64,000 nt of DNA from assembly GCA_903894565.1 (NCBI GenBank), contig CAITQP010000005.1, forward strand, positions 28,971 to 92,970. The letters are read 5' to 3'. Shown here in pieces: positions 27,851 to 38,193 of this stretch. This DNA comes from an uncultured bacterium (GTDB lineage Bacteria; Patescibacteriota; Minisyncoccia; Phycocordibacterales; UBA9973). Both the position numbers and the translations under genes were made by a program. A model generated the notes under the pieces. It was not told where the DNA came from. It worked only from the letters and a program-made list of their open reading frames with translations, and ran no database searches. The number at the start of each line of letters is the position of its first letter. The stretch's first letter is position 1.

Positions 27851-28013
27851 GGACAGATTGAGTTTTAGCTGCGATCCGGAGCTTTAGTAGCTAAATTGGC
27901 GCTCCACGCCAAGGTGAACACAAACGAATAAACTGGATGATAGAAGCCCCGACGAAGGAGGAGGTTTCTCTCGTCCCATTTTTGTTTGTGTTCGCGGAAA
28001 AATAATCTATGTC
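27851..28013 (+). promoter_or_regulatory. Structured 5' leader of rpoB (candidate cis-regulatory RNA)
   Basis: Three internal helices plus a closing helix that overlaps the start codon (see findings). Confidence 0.55.
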
Positions 28014-31000
28014 GATTCACACGACTGCGCGGCCAAAAAAGTACTTCCAAAAGTACAAGGCCCCGCTCACGGAGTTTCCGAATTTGCTTGAAATGCAAAT
28101 TCATTCGTTCAAAGAATTGGTCGAGAAAGGTCTCGGAGAAGTGTTCAAGGAATTTTCTCCAATTCCAGATTACTCGGGTAAGAAATTCCAACTTGAGTTC
28201 ACCTCGTTTAGTCTTGGTGAACCAAAGTGTGATGAGTTCTACGCAAAAGAGAACAAGCTCTCATACGAAGCTCCACTCAAAGTGCAGGTTCGTTTGACGA
28301 ACAAGCTCTCAGGTGGACAGGCAAAGGAACAAGAAATTTTCCTTTCTGATCTTCCAATGATGACGGCTCACGGTACGTTCATCATCAATGGTGTTGAACG
28401 TGTCATCGTTCCACAGCTTGCACGAAGTTTCGGTATTTTCTTCACAGAAAATGAATTGAAAGGCAAGCGATTTTTCGGTGCCAAAATCATCCCAGCACGT
28501 GGTGTCTGGATTGAAATTGATGCTGAAACAGACGGTGTTATCTACGTTCGTATCGACAAGAAGCGCAAATTCCCAGTGACTTCACTTTTGCGCAGTTTTG
28601 GCATGGTTTCAGATGATGAAATCCGAGCCGCTTTTACTGATCACGAAACAGCAGCCGCTGTTGTCGCGACCTGTCTCGCCAAGGACACTGCGAAGACTCC
28701 TTCAGAAGCAAACATTGAAATGTACAAGCGTCTCCGTGATGGTGACCTTGCAACAGCAGACAACGCGCGTGAATTCATCACGGCGCTCTTTTCAAAAGAT
28801 CGTTACGACCTTTCACCAGTTGGACGTTTCCGTTTCAACAAGCGCTTCAATCTCTCAATGGATGAGAAAGAACTTGAGCGTCGCACGATCTCACGCGAAG
28901 ACCTCATTCAGGTTATCAAGCACATCGTTGATCTCTCAAATACTCCAAATGCAAAGGCTGACGACATCGACCACCTTGCACAGCGTCGCGTTCGTTACGT
29001 TGGGGAACTCCTCGCCCAGAAAATCCGTGTCGGTATGACGCAGATCAAGCGTAATGTTCAGGACCGCATGTCGACTATCGACACTGCTGCTGCACTTCCA
29101 ATTCAAATCATCAACCAGCGTCCGCTCCAGGCTCGTATTAAGGAATTCTTTACGACCAACCAGCTCTCGCAGTTCATGAACCAAGAAAACCTCCTCGCTG
29201 AGGTGGAACATCTCCGTACATTGTCTGCTCTTGGACCCGGCGGTCTCACTCGTGAGCGCGCAGGTCTCGAAGTGCGTGACGTGCACACATCGCACTATGG
29301 TCGCGTGTGTCCAATCCATACTCCTGAAGGTCCGAACATCGGTCTTATTCTTCACCTTTCGATCTATGCGCGTATCAATGATTTTGGAATCATCGAGACT
29401 CCATACGTCAAAGTGAAGGATGGAAAAGTTACGAATGAAATCGTGTACTTGAACGCCCTTGAAGAAGAAAAGTACAACATCGCGCACGCTGCAGTTGCAA
29501 CAAATGAACAAGGTCTCATCATGGAAGAGTTTGTAGAAGCTCGTCTTAAGACTGAGCCAGGTCTCATCAAGCGTGATGAAATTCATTTCATCGACGTTGC
29601 TCCATATCAGGCATTCTCAATCGCAACAGCGATGGTTCCATTCCTCGAACACAACGACGCAAACCGCGCGCTCATGGGAAGTAACATGCAGAAGCAAGCT
29701 ACTCCATGTCTCATACCAAACGCTCCACTCGTGGCTACAGGTATCGAAGAATTCGCAGCACCATACTCAGGTCGTCTCGTTCTTGCTTCTGAAGCAGGTG
29801 AGGTTACCAAAGTTGATGCTCGTCATATCGTCATCAAGGGCAAGTCTGGCGTGAAGGAATATCCTCTCGTTAACTTCTCACGTACCAACAACTTCACGGC
29901 CTTTCATCAGCGCCCAGTCGTTTCAGTTGGTCAGGAAGTCAAAAAGGGAACATTGCTCGCCGACATGTCGAGTTCGGATAACGGACAGATTGCACTTGGA
30001 CAAAACGTTCTCGTTGCGTTCATGTCATGGGCTGGAAACAACTACGAAGACGCGATCATTCTTTCTGACCGTCTCGTGAAAGATTCAGTATTCACTTCGA
30101 TTCACGTTGAAGAATTCGTTTGTATCGTTCGTGATACAAAACTTGGACCTGAAGTTACGACACGCGACATTCCAAACGTTGGTGAAGGTAAACTCAAGGA
30201 TCTCGACGAAGAAGGTATTATTCGTATCGGTGCAGAAATTCGTGAGAACGATATTCTTGTCGGTAAGATCACACCAAAGGGCGAAACAGAACTCACTCCT
30301 GAAGAGCGATTGCTCCGCAGTATCTTTGCTGAAAAAGCACGTGATGTGAAGGACACTTCACTCCGTCTTGAACACGGAAAGCGCGGACGCATCATCGGCG
30401 TGAAAGTATTTTCTCGTGCAGAAGGTCATCAGCTCGAAAGTGGAATCATCAAGAAAGTTGTTATCGAAGTTGCTCAGCTTCGTAACGTGTCTGTGGGTGA
30501 CAAGCTCGCAGGTCGTCACGGAAACAAGGGAGTCATCTCAACAATCCTTCCACAAGAAGAAATGCCATTCATGGCAGACGGTACACCAGTTGATGTGATC
30601 CTCACACCACTCGGAGTTCCATCACGTATGAACCTTGGACAGATTCTTGAAATGCACCTTGGACTCGCAGCAAACTCGCTTGGCTACCAAGCAATCGTGC
30701 CACCATTCTCTGGTGCACGTGATACAGAAATCAAAGCTGAACTCGTCAAAGCTGGATACCCAGAAACAGGAACACTTCCTCTTTACGACGGACGCACTGG
30801 CGACAAATTCGAACAAGATGTTGCCGTTGGTATCATGTACATGCTCAAGCTGCACCACATGGTTGAAGACAAGATTCACATGCGCAGTATTGGTCCTTAC
30901 AGTCTCATCACGCAACAGCCACTCGGAGGAAAAGCTCAAGGTGGAGGTCAGCGCTTTGGAGAAATGGAAGTGTGGGCTCTCGAAGGTTACGGTGCAGCGC

Positions 31001-31224
31001 ACACCCTTCGCGAAATGCTCACGGTTAAGTCAGACGACATCATGGGACGTTCACAGGCCTTCGATGCCATCATCAAGGGTGAAGAAATTCCAATTCCGAA
31101 TACACCAGCATCATTCAGTGTCATGTTGAACTACCTCCGTGGTCTTGCACTTGATGTTGATTTGCAGAAACGCGGTACCGCTGGTCGAATCATAGAAGCA
31201 GCTTCGAAAGAGGTCGCTGAGTAA
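28009..31224 (+). CDS. rpoB: RNA polymerase beta subunit
   Basis: GTFIINGVERV, TPEGPNIGL, GDKLAGRHGNKG, GGQRFGEMEVWALE. Confidence 0.99.
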   Translation: MSIHTTARPKKYFQKYKAPLTEFPNLLEMQIHSFKELVEKGLGEVFKEFSPIPDYSGKKFQLEFTSFSLGEPKCDEFYAKENKLSYEAPLKVQVRLTNKLSGGQAKEQEIFLSDLPMMTAHGTFIINGVERVIVPQLARSFGIFFTENELKGKRFFGAKIIPARGVWIEIDAETDGVIYVRIDKKRKFPVTSLLRSFGMVSDDEIRAAFTDHETAAAVVATCLAKDTAKTPSEANIEMYKRLRDGDLATADNAREFITALFSKDRYDLSPVGRFRFNKRFNLSMDEKELERRTISREDLIQVIKHIVDLSNTPNAKADDIDHLAQRRVRYVGELLAQKIRVGMTQIKRNVQDRMSTIDTAAALPIQIINQRPLQARIKEFFTTNQLSQFMNQENLLAEVEHLRTLSALGPGGLTRERAGLEVRDVHTSHYGRVCPIHTPEGPNIGLILHLSIYARINDFGIIETPYVKVKDGKVTNEIVYLNALEEEKYNIAHAAVATNEQGLIMEEFVEARLKTEPGLIKRDEIHFIDVAPYQAFSIATAMVPFLEHNDANRALMGSNMQKQATPCLIPNAPLVATGIEEFAAPYSGRLVLASEAGEVTKVDARHIVIKGKSGVKEYPLVNFSRTNNFTAFHQRPVVSVGQEVKKGTLLADMSSSDNGQIALGQNVLVAFMSWAGNNYEDAIILSDRLVKDSVFTSIHVEEFVCIVRDTKLGPEVTTRDIPNVGEGKLKDLDEEGIIRIGAEIRENDILVGKITPKGETELTPEERLLRSIFAEKARDVKDTSLRLEHGKRGRIIGVKVFSRAEGHQLESGIIKKVVIEVAQLRNVSVGDKLAGRHGNKGVISTILPQEEMPFMADGTPVDVILTPLGVPSRMNLGQILEMHLGLAANSLGYQAIVPPFSGARDTEIKAELVKAGYPETGTLPLYDGRTGDKFEQDVAVGIMYMLKLHHMVEDKIHMRSIGPYSLITQQPLGGKAQGGGQRFGEMEVWALEGYGAAHTLREMLTVKSDDIMGRSQAFDAIIKGEEIPIPNTPASFSVMLNYLRGLALDVDLQKRGTAGRIIEAASKEVAE

Positions 31225-31245
31225 TCTAACGAAGGAAACATATAT

Positions 31246-34200
31246 ATGAAAACTATTGATACAAATTCGGATTTCGAATCGATCTCGCTCAAGCTCGCAA
31301 GTCCAGACCGCATCCGCGACTGGTCATACGGTGAAGTCACCAAGCCAGAAACAATCAACTACCGCACGGGACGTTCAGAACGTGGAGGTCTCTTTGACGA
31401 ACGCATCTTCGGACCAGAAAAAGACTACGAATGTTACTGTGGAAAATACCGCCGTATTCGTTACAAGGATATCGTGTGTGAGAAGTGTGGCGTTGAAGTT
31501 ACACGCAGTATTGTTCGTCGCGAACGCATGGGTCACATCGAGCTTGCAACACCAGTTGCGCACATTTGGTTCCTCCGTGGCGTGCCATCTCGCATGTCGA
31601 CACTCCTCAACATCACCGCAACTGATCTTGAAAAGGTGATCTACTTCGCTGGCTACATCATCATGAAGGTGTACCAAGAAGAAAAAGACAAACTCCTCAA
31701 GAATCTCGAAAATGAATACAAGACGAAGGTAAAGAGTTCAGCAGATGAAGAGACCAAGACAAAGCTCAAGGAGCTCCTCATGACTGCGAAGAAAGAAATC
31801 GGTGAAATTTACGAAGGTAAAGTGCTCACTGAAATCGCATACCACCGCTACAGTCTTAAGTACGGTACTTGTTTCGAAGCATCGATTGGTGCCGAAGCTA
31901 TTTACGCCGTGCTCAAGAATCTTGACCTCAAGAAGCTTCAGGAAATCAGTGAAGCTTCACATGAAAAAGCATCTGCAGTTGAGCGTGAGAAACTCGAAAA
32001 GCGTCTCTCACTCATTCGCTCAATGATCACGAGTGGTATTCGTCCAGAATGGATGTTCCTTACCGTCATCCCAGTTATTCCACCAGCACTTCGCCCAATG
32101 GTTGCGCTTGATGGAGGACGTCATGCAACAAGTGATATCAACGACCTCTATCGTCGTGTGATCAACCGCAATAACCGTCTTGCAAAATTGAAGGGCATCG
32201 GTGCACCAGATGTTATTCTTCGTAACGAAAAGCGTATTCTTCAGGAAGCAGTTGATGCACTCATCGACAACTCAATCGCTCGTCAGAATGATTCAGTCGC
32301 GATGAACCAGGCACAGCGCCGTGCATTGAAATCACTTTCAGACAACCTTAAATCAAAGCAGGGTCTCTTCCGTCAGAACCTTCTCGGAAAGCGCGTGGAC
32401 TACTCCGGTCGTTCCGTGATTGTCGTTGGACCATCACTCAAACTTTCACAGTGTGGACTTCCAAAGCACATGGCGCTTGAGCTCTTCCGCCCATTCGTCA
32501 TCAGTAAGCTCATCTCTCAAGAACTTGCATACAACATTCGTGGAGCGAACCGTCTCATCGAAGATGGTATTCCAGAAGTGTGGGCAATTCTCGAAGAAGT
32601 TATCAAGGGCAAGCGTGTGCTCCTCAACCGTGCACCAACGCTTCACCGTCTCGGTATTCAGGCCTTCCAGCCTGTGCTCATTGAAGGAAATGCTATTCAG
32701 GTTCACCCACTCGTGTGTCCAGCGTTCAACGCTGACTTCGACGGAGACCAAATGGCCGTTTACGTTCCGCTTTCAAAGGCTGCTCAAAATGAAGCCGAGG
32801 ATCGTATGGCTTCAAACAAGAACCTCCTCAAGCCACAAAACGGAGATCCAATCACAAGTCCTCGTATGGACATGGCGCTCGGTTGTTTCTGGATGACCAA
32901 AGTTGGTATCAACGAAACAGGCGAGGGTATGATGTTCAGTAGTCCAAACCAAGCAATCACTGCGTACGATTTCAAAGCAGTTTCACTTCGTGCAAAAATC
33001 AAAGTGCTTGGAACAGACAGTCAGAAATATCAGCCATTCAACAAACAGCCATTTGAAACGACTGTTGGACGATTGCTCTTCAACTCAATCCTTCCTGAAG
33101 ATTTCCCATTCTTGAACGAAACAATCAACCAAAAGCGTCTCAACGGACTCGTGGATGAATTCATCATGCACTACGGTATTGATGAGACACCAAAAGTACT
33201 CGACAAGATTAAGACATTTGGATTCACGTATTCAACAAAGTCTGGTATCAGTTGGGGTATTGATAACATTCATGTTCCAGCAGGCAAGCCTGAGGCTGTG
33301 AAGCGCGGACGTGCGAAGGAATTTGAAGTCATCAACCAATACAACGAAGGTCTTCTCTCTGAAGAAGAAAAGTACCGAAAGACAATTGAAATTTGGGAAG
33401 GAGTCAAGAAAGAAATTGAAGGTATGCTCCCAGCAACACTCGTTGAAGGAAGTTCTGCAAGTGACATGATCACTTCAGGAGCCCGCGGAAGTATGAGTAA
33501 CCTCTCGCAGATGGCGGGAATGAAGGGTCTCATTATTTCTCCAAGTGGACGTACTATTGATTTCCCAATTGTCCCATCGTTCAAAGAAGGATTTTCTCCA
33601 ATTGAATACTTCATTACGACTCACGGATCACGTAAAGGTCTCGCCGATACAGCGCTCAACACTGCAAAGGCTGGATACCTCACTCGTCGTCTCGTTGACG
33701 TTGCACAAGATGTTGTGATCACTGAAGAAGATTGTGGAACAAAGGATGGAAAGATGATGATCAAGGACAACGTGCTTGGTATCGAAATTCCAATCTCCAA
33801 AACACTTCGTGGACGCGTGCTTGCCGCTGACCTCAAAGACAAAGAAGGAAACATCATTCATAAGCGCGGATTCCTCGTCAACAAAGAAGAGGCAATGCGA
33901 CTTGAGAAAGTTGGTGTTACAGAAGCGTTTGTTCGTTCACCACTTACGTGTAAGACAACATACGGAATCTGTCAGGCATGTTACGGTCTCGACCTCGGAC
34001 GCAACACACTCGTCAAAGTCGGTGAAGCAGTCGGTATCGTCGCAGCGCAAGCTATCGGTGAACCAGGAACTCAGCTCACGCTCCGTACGTTCCACGCCGG
34101 AGGAGTCGCAGGAGTGGACATCACCGCAGGTCTTCCACGCGTCGAAGAAATCTTCGAGCGCCGTTTGCCAAAGAACCCAGCTGTCGTTTGTCATGAAGAT

Positions 34201-34878
34201 GGAACTGTTATCGAGGTTCGTCCAAATGGAGCAGAGCGTGCAATTGTTGTTCTCCATGACACAAAGGTAGATGGTAAGAGTAATGAAACAACATACGAAC
34301 TTCCACCACACCGTCTTCCAATCGTTTTGAAGGGTGCTGCGGTGAAGAAGGGTGAACTTATGACTGATGGATCAGCTGACATCGCAGAAATCTTCAAGTT
34401 TGGAGGTCGCGAGCGTGCAGAAGAATATATCATTCACGAAATCAACAAAGTGTATGAATTGCAGGGTGCCTCGATCGCGCGTAAGCACATCGAAATCATC
34501 ATTCGTCAGATGTTCAGTCGCAAGAAGGTGAAAGATGCTGGAGAGACAGGATTCTCACCAAGTGAGATTGTCGAAACAGTTGAACTTCTCGACGAGAACG
34601 CTCTTATGAAACTCCAAGGACGCACTGAAGCAAAGGCAGAATCGCTCGTACTTGGAATTTCTGAGACAGCGCTTACAACGAAGAGTTGGCTTTCTGCAGC
34701 TTCGTTCCAGAACACAAACCGTGTCCTCATCACCAATGCAATCCGCGGTGGTATCGACACACTTCGTGGACTCAAGGAGAATGTCATCATCGGACGTCTC
34801 ATCCCAGCAGGTACTGGATATGGTGCTCACGAGGAGCGACCAGTCGTTGTTGAATCAGATCAGAAGCAGGCAGAATAA
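31246..34878 (+). CDS. rpoC: RNA polymerase beta' subunit
   Basis: Zinc finger CYCGKY...CEKCGVE, NADFDGD active site, IGEPGTQLTLRTFH. Confidence 0.99.
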   Translation: MKTIDTNSDFESISLKLASPDRIRDWSYGEVTKPETINYRTGRSERGGLFDERIFGPEKDYECYCGKYRRIRYKDIVCEKCGVEVTRSIVRRERMGHIELATPVAHIWFLRGVPSRMSTLLNITATDLEKVIYFAGYIIMKVYQEEKDKLLKNLENEYKTKVKSSADEETKTKLKELLMTAKKEIGEIYEGKVLTEIAYHRYSLKYGTCFEASIGAEAIYAVLKNLDLKKLQEISEASHEKASAVEREKLEKRLSLIRSMITSGIRPEWMFLTVIPVIPPALRPMVALDGGRHATSDINDLYRRVINRNNRLAKLKGIGAPDVILRNEKRILQEAVDALIDNSIARQNDSVAMNQAQRRALKSLSDNLKSKQGLFRQNLLGKRVDYSGRSVIVVGPSLKLSQCGLPKHMALELFRPFVISKLISQELAYNIRGANRLIEDGIPEVWAILEEVIKGKRVLLNRAPTLHRLGIQAFQPVLIEGNAIQVHPLVCPAFNADFDGDQMAVYVPLSKAAQNEAEDRMASNKNLLKPQNGDPITSPRMDMALGCFWMTKVGINETGEGMMFSSPNQAITAYDFKAVSLRAKIKVLGTDSQKYQPFNKQPFETTVGRLLFNSILPEDFPFLNETINQKRLNGLVDEFIMHYGIDETPKVLDKIKTFGFTYSTKSGISWGIDNIHVPAGKPEAVKRGRAKEFEVINQYNEGLLSEEEKYRKTIEIWEGVKKEIEGMLPATLVEGSSASDMITSGARGSMSNLSQMAGMKGLIISPSGRTIDFPIVPSFKEGFSPIEYFITTHGSRKGLADTALNTAKAGYLTRRLVDVAQDVVITEEDCGTKDGKMMIKDNVLGIEIPISKTLRGRVLAADLKDKEGNIIHKRGFLVNKEEAMRLEKVGVTEAFVRSPLTCKTTYGICQACYGLDLGRNTLVKVGEAVGIVAAQAIGEPGTQLTLRTFHAGGVAGVDITAGLPRVEEIFERRLPKNPAVVCHEDGTVIEVRPNGAERAIVVLHDTKVDGKSNETTYELPPHRLPIVLKGAAVKKGELMTDGSADIAEIFKFGGRERAEEYIIHEINKVYELQGASIARKHIEIIIRQMFSRKKVKDAGETGFSPSEIVETVELLDENALMKLQGRTEAKAESLVLGISETALTTKSWLSAASFQNTNRVLITNAIRGGIDTLRGLKENVIIGRLIPAGTGYGAHEERPVVVESDQKQAE

Positions 34879-34887
34879 TGAAGAGAT

Positions 34888-34912
34888 GCGCCGAGGACTT
34901 CGTCCTCGGCGC
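34888..34912. repeat. GC-rich 11-bp hairpin without U-tract
   Basis: GCGCCGAGGAC-TTC-GTCCTCGGCGC between rpoC and dnaG. Confidence 0.7.
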
Positions 34913-34954
34913 CGTGCGTGGGGTACTTGCGTAATTGCTTTCAAAAAACAAATC

Positions 34955-36751
34955 ATGTCTTCTTCAGTTGAAAAAATTAAGGAACGACTCTCCATTGTTG
35001 ATGTGATTTCTTCGTACTTAAAACTCGAAAAATCAGGAAGTAATTATAAAGCTCCATGTCCTTTTCACAACGAAAAAACACCGTCATTTTTTATTTCGCC
35101 GTCACGCAATAGTTACTATTGTTTCGGATGTGGTGCCAAAGGCGACATTTTTACGTTCGTCGAGCAGTTTGAGGGACTCGATTTCAAAGGATCCCTCAAG
35201 CAACTCGCCGCACGTGCTGGTGTTGATCTTGAACCATATCGTGGTAGTGACCCGAAAGAAAAAAATGAAAAGGATCGCCTTCACGAACTCATGGAAGCGG
35301 CGTGTGTGTTCTATCAATCAGAATTGAAGACATGTTCCGATGCACTTCTGTATCTCACGAAGCGTGGTGTCAAAGATATGACACTCGCAAGTTTCCGTAT
35401 CGGATATGCGCCAAAGGAATGGCGAGTACTTGCGAATGCACTCCGCAAACAAGGCTTCACTGATGCTGAGATTGTGCTCGCTGGTCTTGCGAAACATCCT
35501 GATGAAAATCCGACTGGCGATATCTATGATCGCTTTCGTGATCGAGTCATGTTTCCGATCAGTGACACGAGTGGACGCATCATCGCGTTCAGTGGACGAA
35601 TGCTTCATGATGATGGTTCTGGCATGCAAGGCAAATATATCAACTCACCAGAGACTCCCATTTTTAAAAAGGGAAGTACGCTCTATGGTCTTGATAAGGC
35701 AAAGTTTGAAATCAGAAAACGCGATGCTGCTATCCTTGTCGAAGGACAAATGGATTTAGTACTATCGCATCAGGCGGGATTTACGAATACAGTTGCTTCA
35801 AGCGGCACAGCACTTGGTGATTCACTCATCGCTGATACAGACAAAGGTTTGCTTTCAGGACTCGGTGCTGTGCACGCGCTCACCAAGAATCTCATTGTGG
35901 CATTTGATGCTGACAAAGCTGGACTCCGTGCAGCCGGTCGCGCTGAGAAGATTGGATTGTCGCTTGGGATGAATGTGAAGATCGCCAAACTTCCGTCTGG
36001 CCTCGATCCAGCAGATACCATTCTTGAAAAAGGTGCAGAAGAATGGAAAAAGATTGTTGATACAGCACAGCACATTGTCCTCTTATACCTCTCTGTGCTC
36101 ATGGAACATCCACTGAGTGAACTCACACGTACACGTGCGATTCGAGACAAGATTTTGCCGTATATTGCAGTTATGCCGAGTGCTGTCGAGCGAGTACACT
36201 TCATCCGTGAAATTGCGGTGAAGACGGGTATTCCTGAAGAAGCACTCGCTGAAGATGTCGTTCGATTGCTCGTTGCAACACCAGCACCTTCGCCAAAAAA
36301 TCAGTCACAATTGGTGCAACCAAATACAGTGAATGCAGGAATCGTGCGAACGACACGTATCCTCGATCGATTGCTCGGTGTTGTCTTTTGGCAAGAGACA
36401 CTTCCTCAGTCTGTCATCCCGCTCGATTCTGTGAAAGATCGAATCAAAAGTATCATTGGCGAAGAACAGCTCATCGGGATGCTCGCAATGCCAAATGACA
36501 AAAAGAATGAACGTATTTTCGAAGTCGAACTTGTGTATCAAGATTCAAAAGATTTGAAAGAAGACGTCGAGGAATTACTCGACAATTTAGAAGAAGAAAC
36601 GCTCGGAAGGGCACTCGAGGCTTTGATGGCGAAGATGTCGCACGCTGAGAGAGGTGAAGATGGCGAAGTCCTCCAATCATTACTCGCCGAATCACAGAAG
36701 ATAAGCACACGTCTCAACACCATTAAAAGCAGTCGATTTTTACATAATTAA
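34955..36751 (+). CDS. dnaG: DNA primase
   Basis: CPFHNEKTPSF...CFGCG zinc finger, KYINSPET, TOPRIM VEGQMD and FDADKAG; start MSSSVEK. Confidence 0.97.
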   Translation: MSSSVEKIKERLSIVDVISSYLKLEKSGSNYKAPCPFHNEKTPSFFISPSRNSYYCFGCGAKGDIFTFVEQFEGLDFKGSLKQLAARAGVDLEPYRGSDPKEKNEKDRLHELMEAACVFYQSELKTCSDALLYLTKRGVKDMTLASFRIGYAPKEWRVLANALRKQGFTDAEIVLAGLAKHPDENPTGDIYDRFRDRVMFPISDTSGRIIAFSGRMLHDDGSGMQGKYINSPETPIFKKGSTLYGLDKAKFEIRKRDAAILVEGQMDLVLSHQAGFTNTVASSGTALGDSLIADTDKGLLSGLGAVHALTKNLIVAFDADKAGLRAAGRAEKIGLSLGMNVKIAKLPSGLDPADTILEKGAEEWKKIVDTAQHIVLLYLSVLMEHPLSELTRTRAIRDKILPYIAVMPSAVERVHFIREIAVKTGIPEEALAEDVVRLLVATPAPSPKNQSQLVQPNTVNAGIVRTTRILDRLLGVVFWQETLPQSVIPLDSVKDRIKSIIGEEQLIGMLAMPNDKKNERIFEVELVYQDSKDLKEDVEELLDNLEEETLGRALEALMAKMSHAERGEDGEVLQSLLAESQKISTRLNTIKSSRFLHN

Positions 36752-36778
36752 TTAGTAACATTTATTTTGAACGATTTT

Positions 36779-38080
36779 ATGGCAAAGAAAAAAGAAGTAA
36801 AAAAGAAGATTGTTGCGAAGAAGCCTGCACCGAAAAAGGCAGTTGCAAAGGCTGTCAAAAAGCCAGCCAAAAAAGCTGTTGCCAAAAAGGCTCCAGCTCC
36901 AAAAGTGGCGAAGGCGAAGAAGGTTGTCGTCAAAAAACCAGCTCGTCAAAAGGCGCAAAAGGGTAGTGGTGCAATCGCTGCTGGACGTGTCGCTGCCAAG
37001 AAACAGCAGAAAGGCAAAATGACACCAACAGATCGCGCGGATGATCTCGTCATGAAAGGCAAGAAGCGTGGCTTCGTAACGTTCGACGAAATTTTGCGTT
37101 CGTTCCCAAACATTGAGACAAACATTGAATTTCTTGATGATTTGTACGAGAAGCTCACCACGGCTGGTATCGATGTGCTCGAAGGAGGAAATTTGCTCGA
37201 CATTGATCTTGCTGAAGGAGATCACAAGGACGAGAAGAGTGATTCGAGTTATGACTCAATCCAAATGTATCTCAAAGAGATTGGACAGTACCCGCTCATT
37301 CAAGCAGGTGAGGAAAAAGAACTCGCGAAGCGAATTCAAGCTGGAGATATGGAGGCCAAGAATTTGCTTGCACGTGCGAACCTTCGTCTCGTTGTTTCGA
37401 TTGCAAAGAAATATGTTGGACGCTCTAGTGATTTGACACTCCTTGACCTTATTCAAGAAGGAAACCTCGGTCTCTTTAAAGCCGTAGAAAAATTCGACTG
37501 GACCAAAGGATACAAATTCTCGACATACGCAACATGGTGGATTCGTCAATCAATTACTCGAGCGCTCGCCGACCAATCCCGCACGATTCGTATTCCTGTG
37601 CATATGGTTGAAACGATTTCAAAGTACAAGCAAGTCTACCGCCGTCTCGCGCAAGACCTCGGTCGTGATCCACTCGCCGAAGAAATCGCAACTGAAATGG
37701 GTATTGATGTTGAGAAAGTCCACGTCATTGAAAATATTTCTCAGGATACTGTATCGCTCGAACAGCCAATTGGTGACGATGATGAGAAATCAACTCGTGG
37801 AGAATTTATCGCCGATGACAAGATTCTTCGTCCAGACCAAGAAGCATCACGACGAATTCTTACGGATCAGATTCGTGGAGTGCTCGAAGAACTCTCACCA
37901 AAGGAGCGTAAGATTCTTGAGATGCGTTATGGTCTCTCCGATGGGGTACAGCACACACTCGAAGAAGTGGGCACAGAGTTCGGTGTGACGCGCGAACGTA
38001 TTCGTCAGATTGAGGCGAAGGTACATGAGAAGCTCCGCACACATGAGCGCATTCTCCGATTGAAGAATTATTTTGATTAA
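36779..38080 (+). CDS. rpoD: Primary sigma factor with Lys/Ala/Pro-rich N-terminal extension
   Basis: [51 protein letters not shown]. Confidence 0.96.
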   Translation: MAKKKEVKKKIVAKKPAPKKAVAKAVKKPAKKAVAKKAPAPKVAKAKKVVVKKPARQKAQKGSGAIAAGRVAAKKQQKGKMTPTDRADDLVMKGKKRGFVTFDEILRSFPNIETNIEFLDDLYEKLTTAGIDVLEGGNLLDIDLAEGDHKDEKSDSSYDSIQMYLKEIGQYPLIQAGEEKELAKRIQAGDMEAKNLLARANLRLVVSIAKKYVGRSSDLTLLDLIQEGNLGLFKAVEKFDWTKGYKFSTYATWWIRQSITRALADQSRTIRIPVHMVETISKYKQVYRRLAQDLGRDPLAEEIATEMGIDVEKVHVIENISQDTVSLEQPIGDDDEKSTRGEFIADDKILRPDQEASRRILTDQIRGVLEELSPKERKILEMRYGLSDGVQHTLEEVGTEFGVTRERIRQIEAKVHEKLRTHERILRLKNYFD

Positions 38081-38091
38081 AGCGTAGCGAA

Positions 38092-38131
38092 AGTACGAAA
38101 AAACCCTTCTATAGAAGGGTTTTTTCGTACT
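38092..38131. terminator. 40-bp perfect palindrome/terminator after rpoD
   Basis: AGTACGAAAAAACCCTTCTATAGAAGGGTTTTTTCGTACT. Confidence 0.8.
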
Positions 38132-38193
38132 AATTGCGCATTTTGGTATTATATGGTATTATAATAACGTATTTGTTCTCACCCAATGTCCGT

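Noticed and set aside
27851-28008. SRP RNA or other known housekeeping ncRNA upstream of rpoB
   Set aside because: It lacks the SRP domain IV motif and any tRNA-like or RNase P signature; treated as a candidate leader instead.
2481-34878. Inteins or introns in dnaE, rpoB or rpoC
   Set aside because: Protein lengths are normal or compact, and no intein-like insertions were seen.
34652-34954. 101-aa N-terminal extension of DnaG in the ORF track
   Set aside because: It overlaps the rpoC 3' end in another frame; primase homology starts at MSSSVEK (34955).
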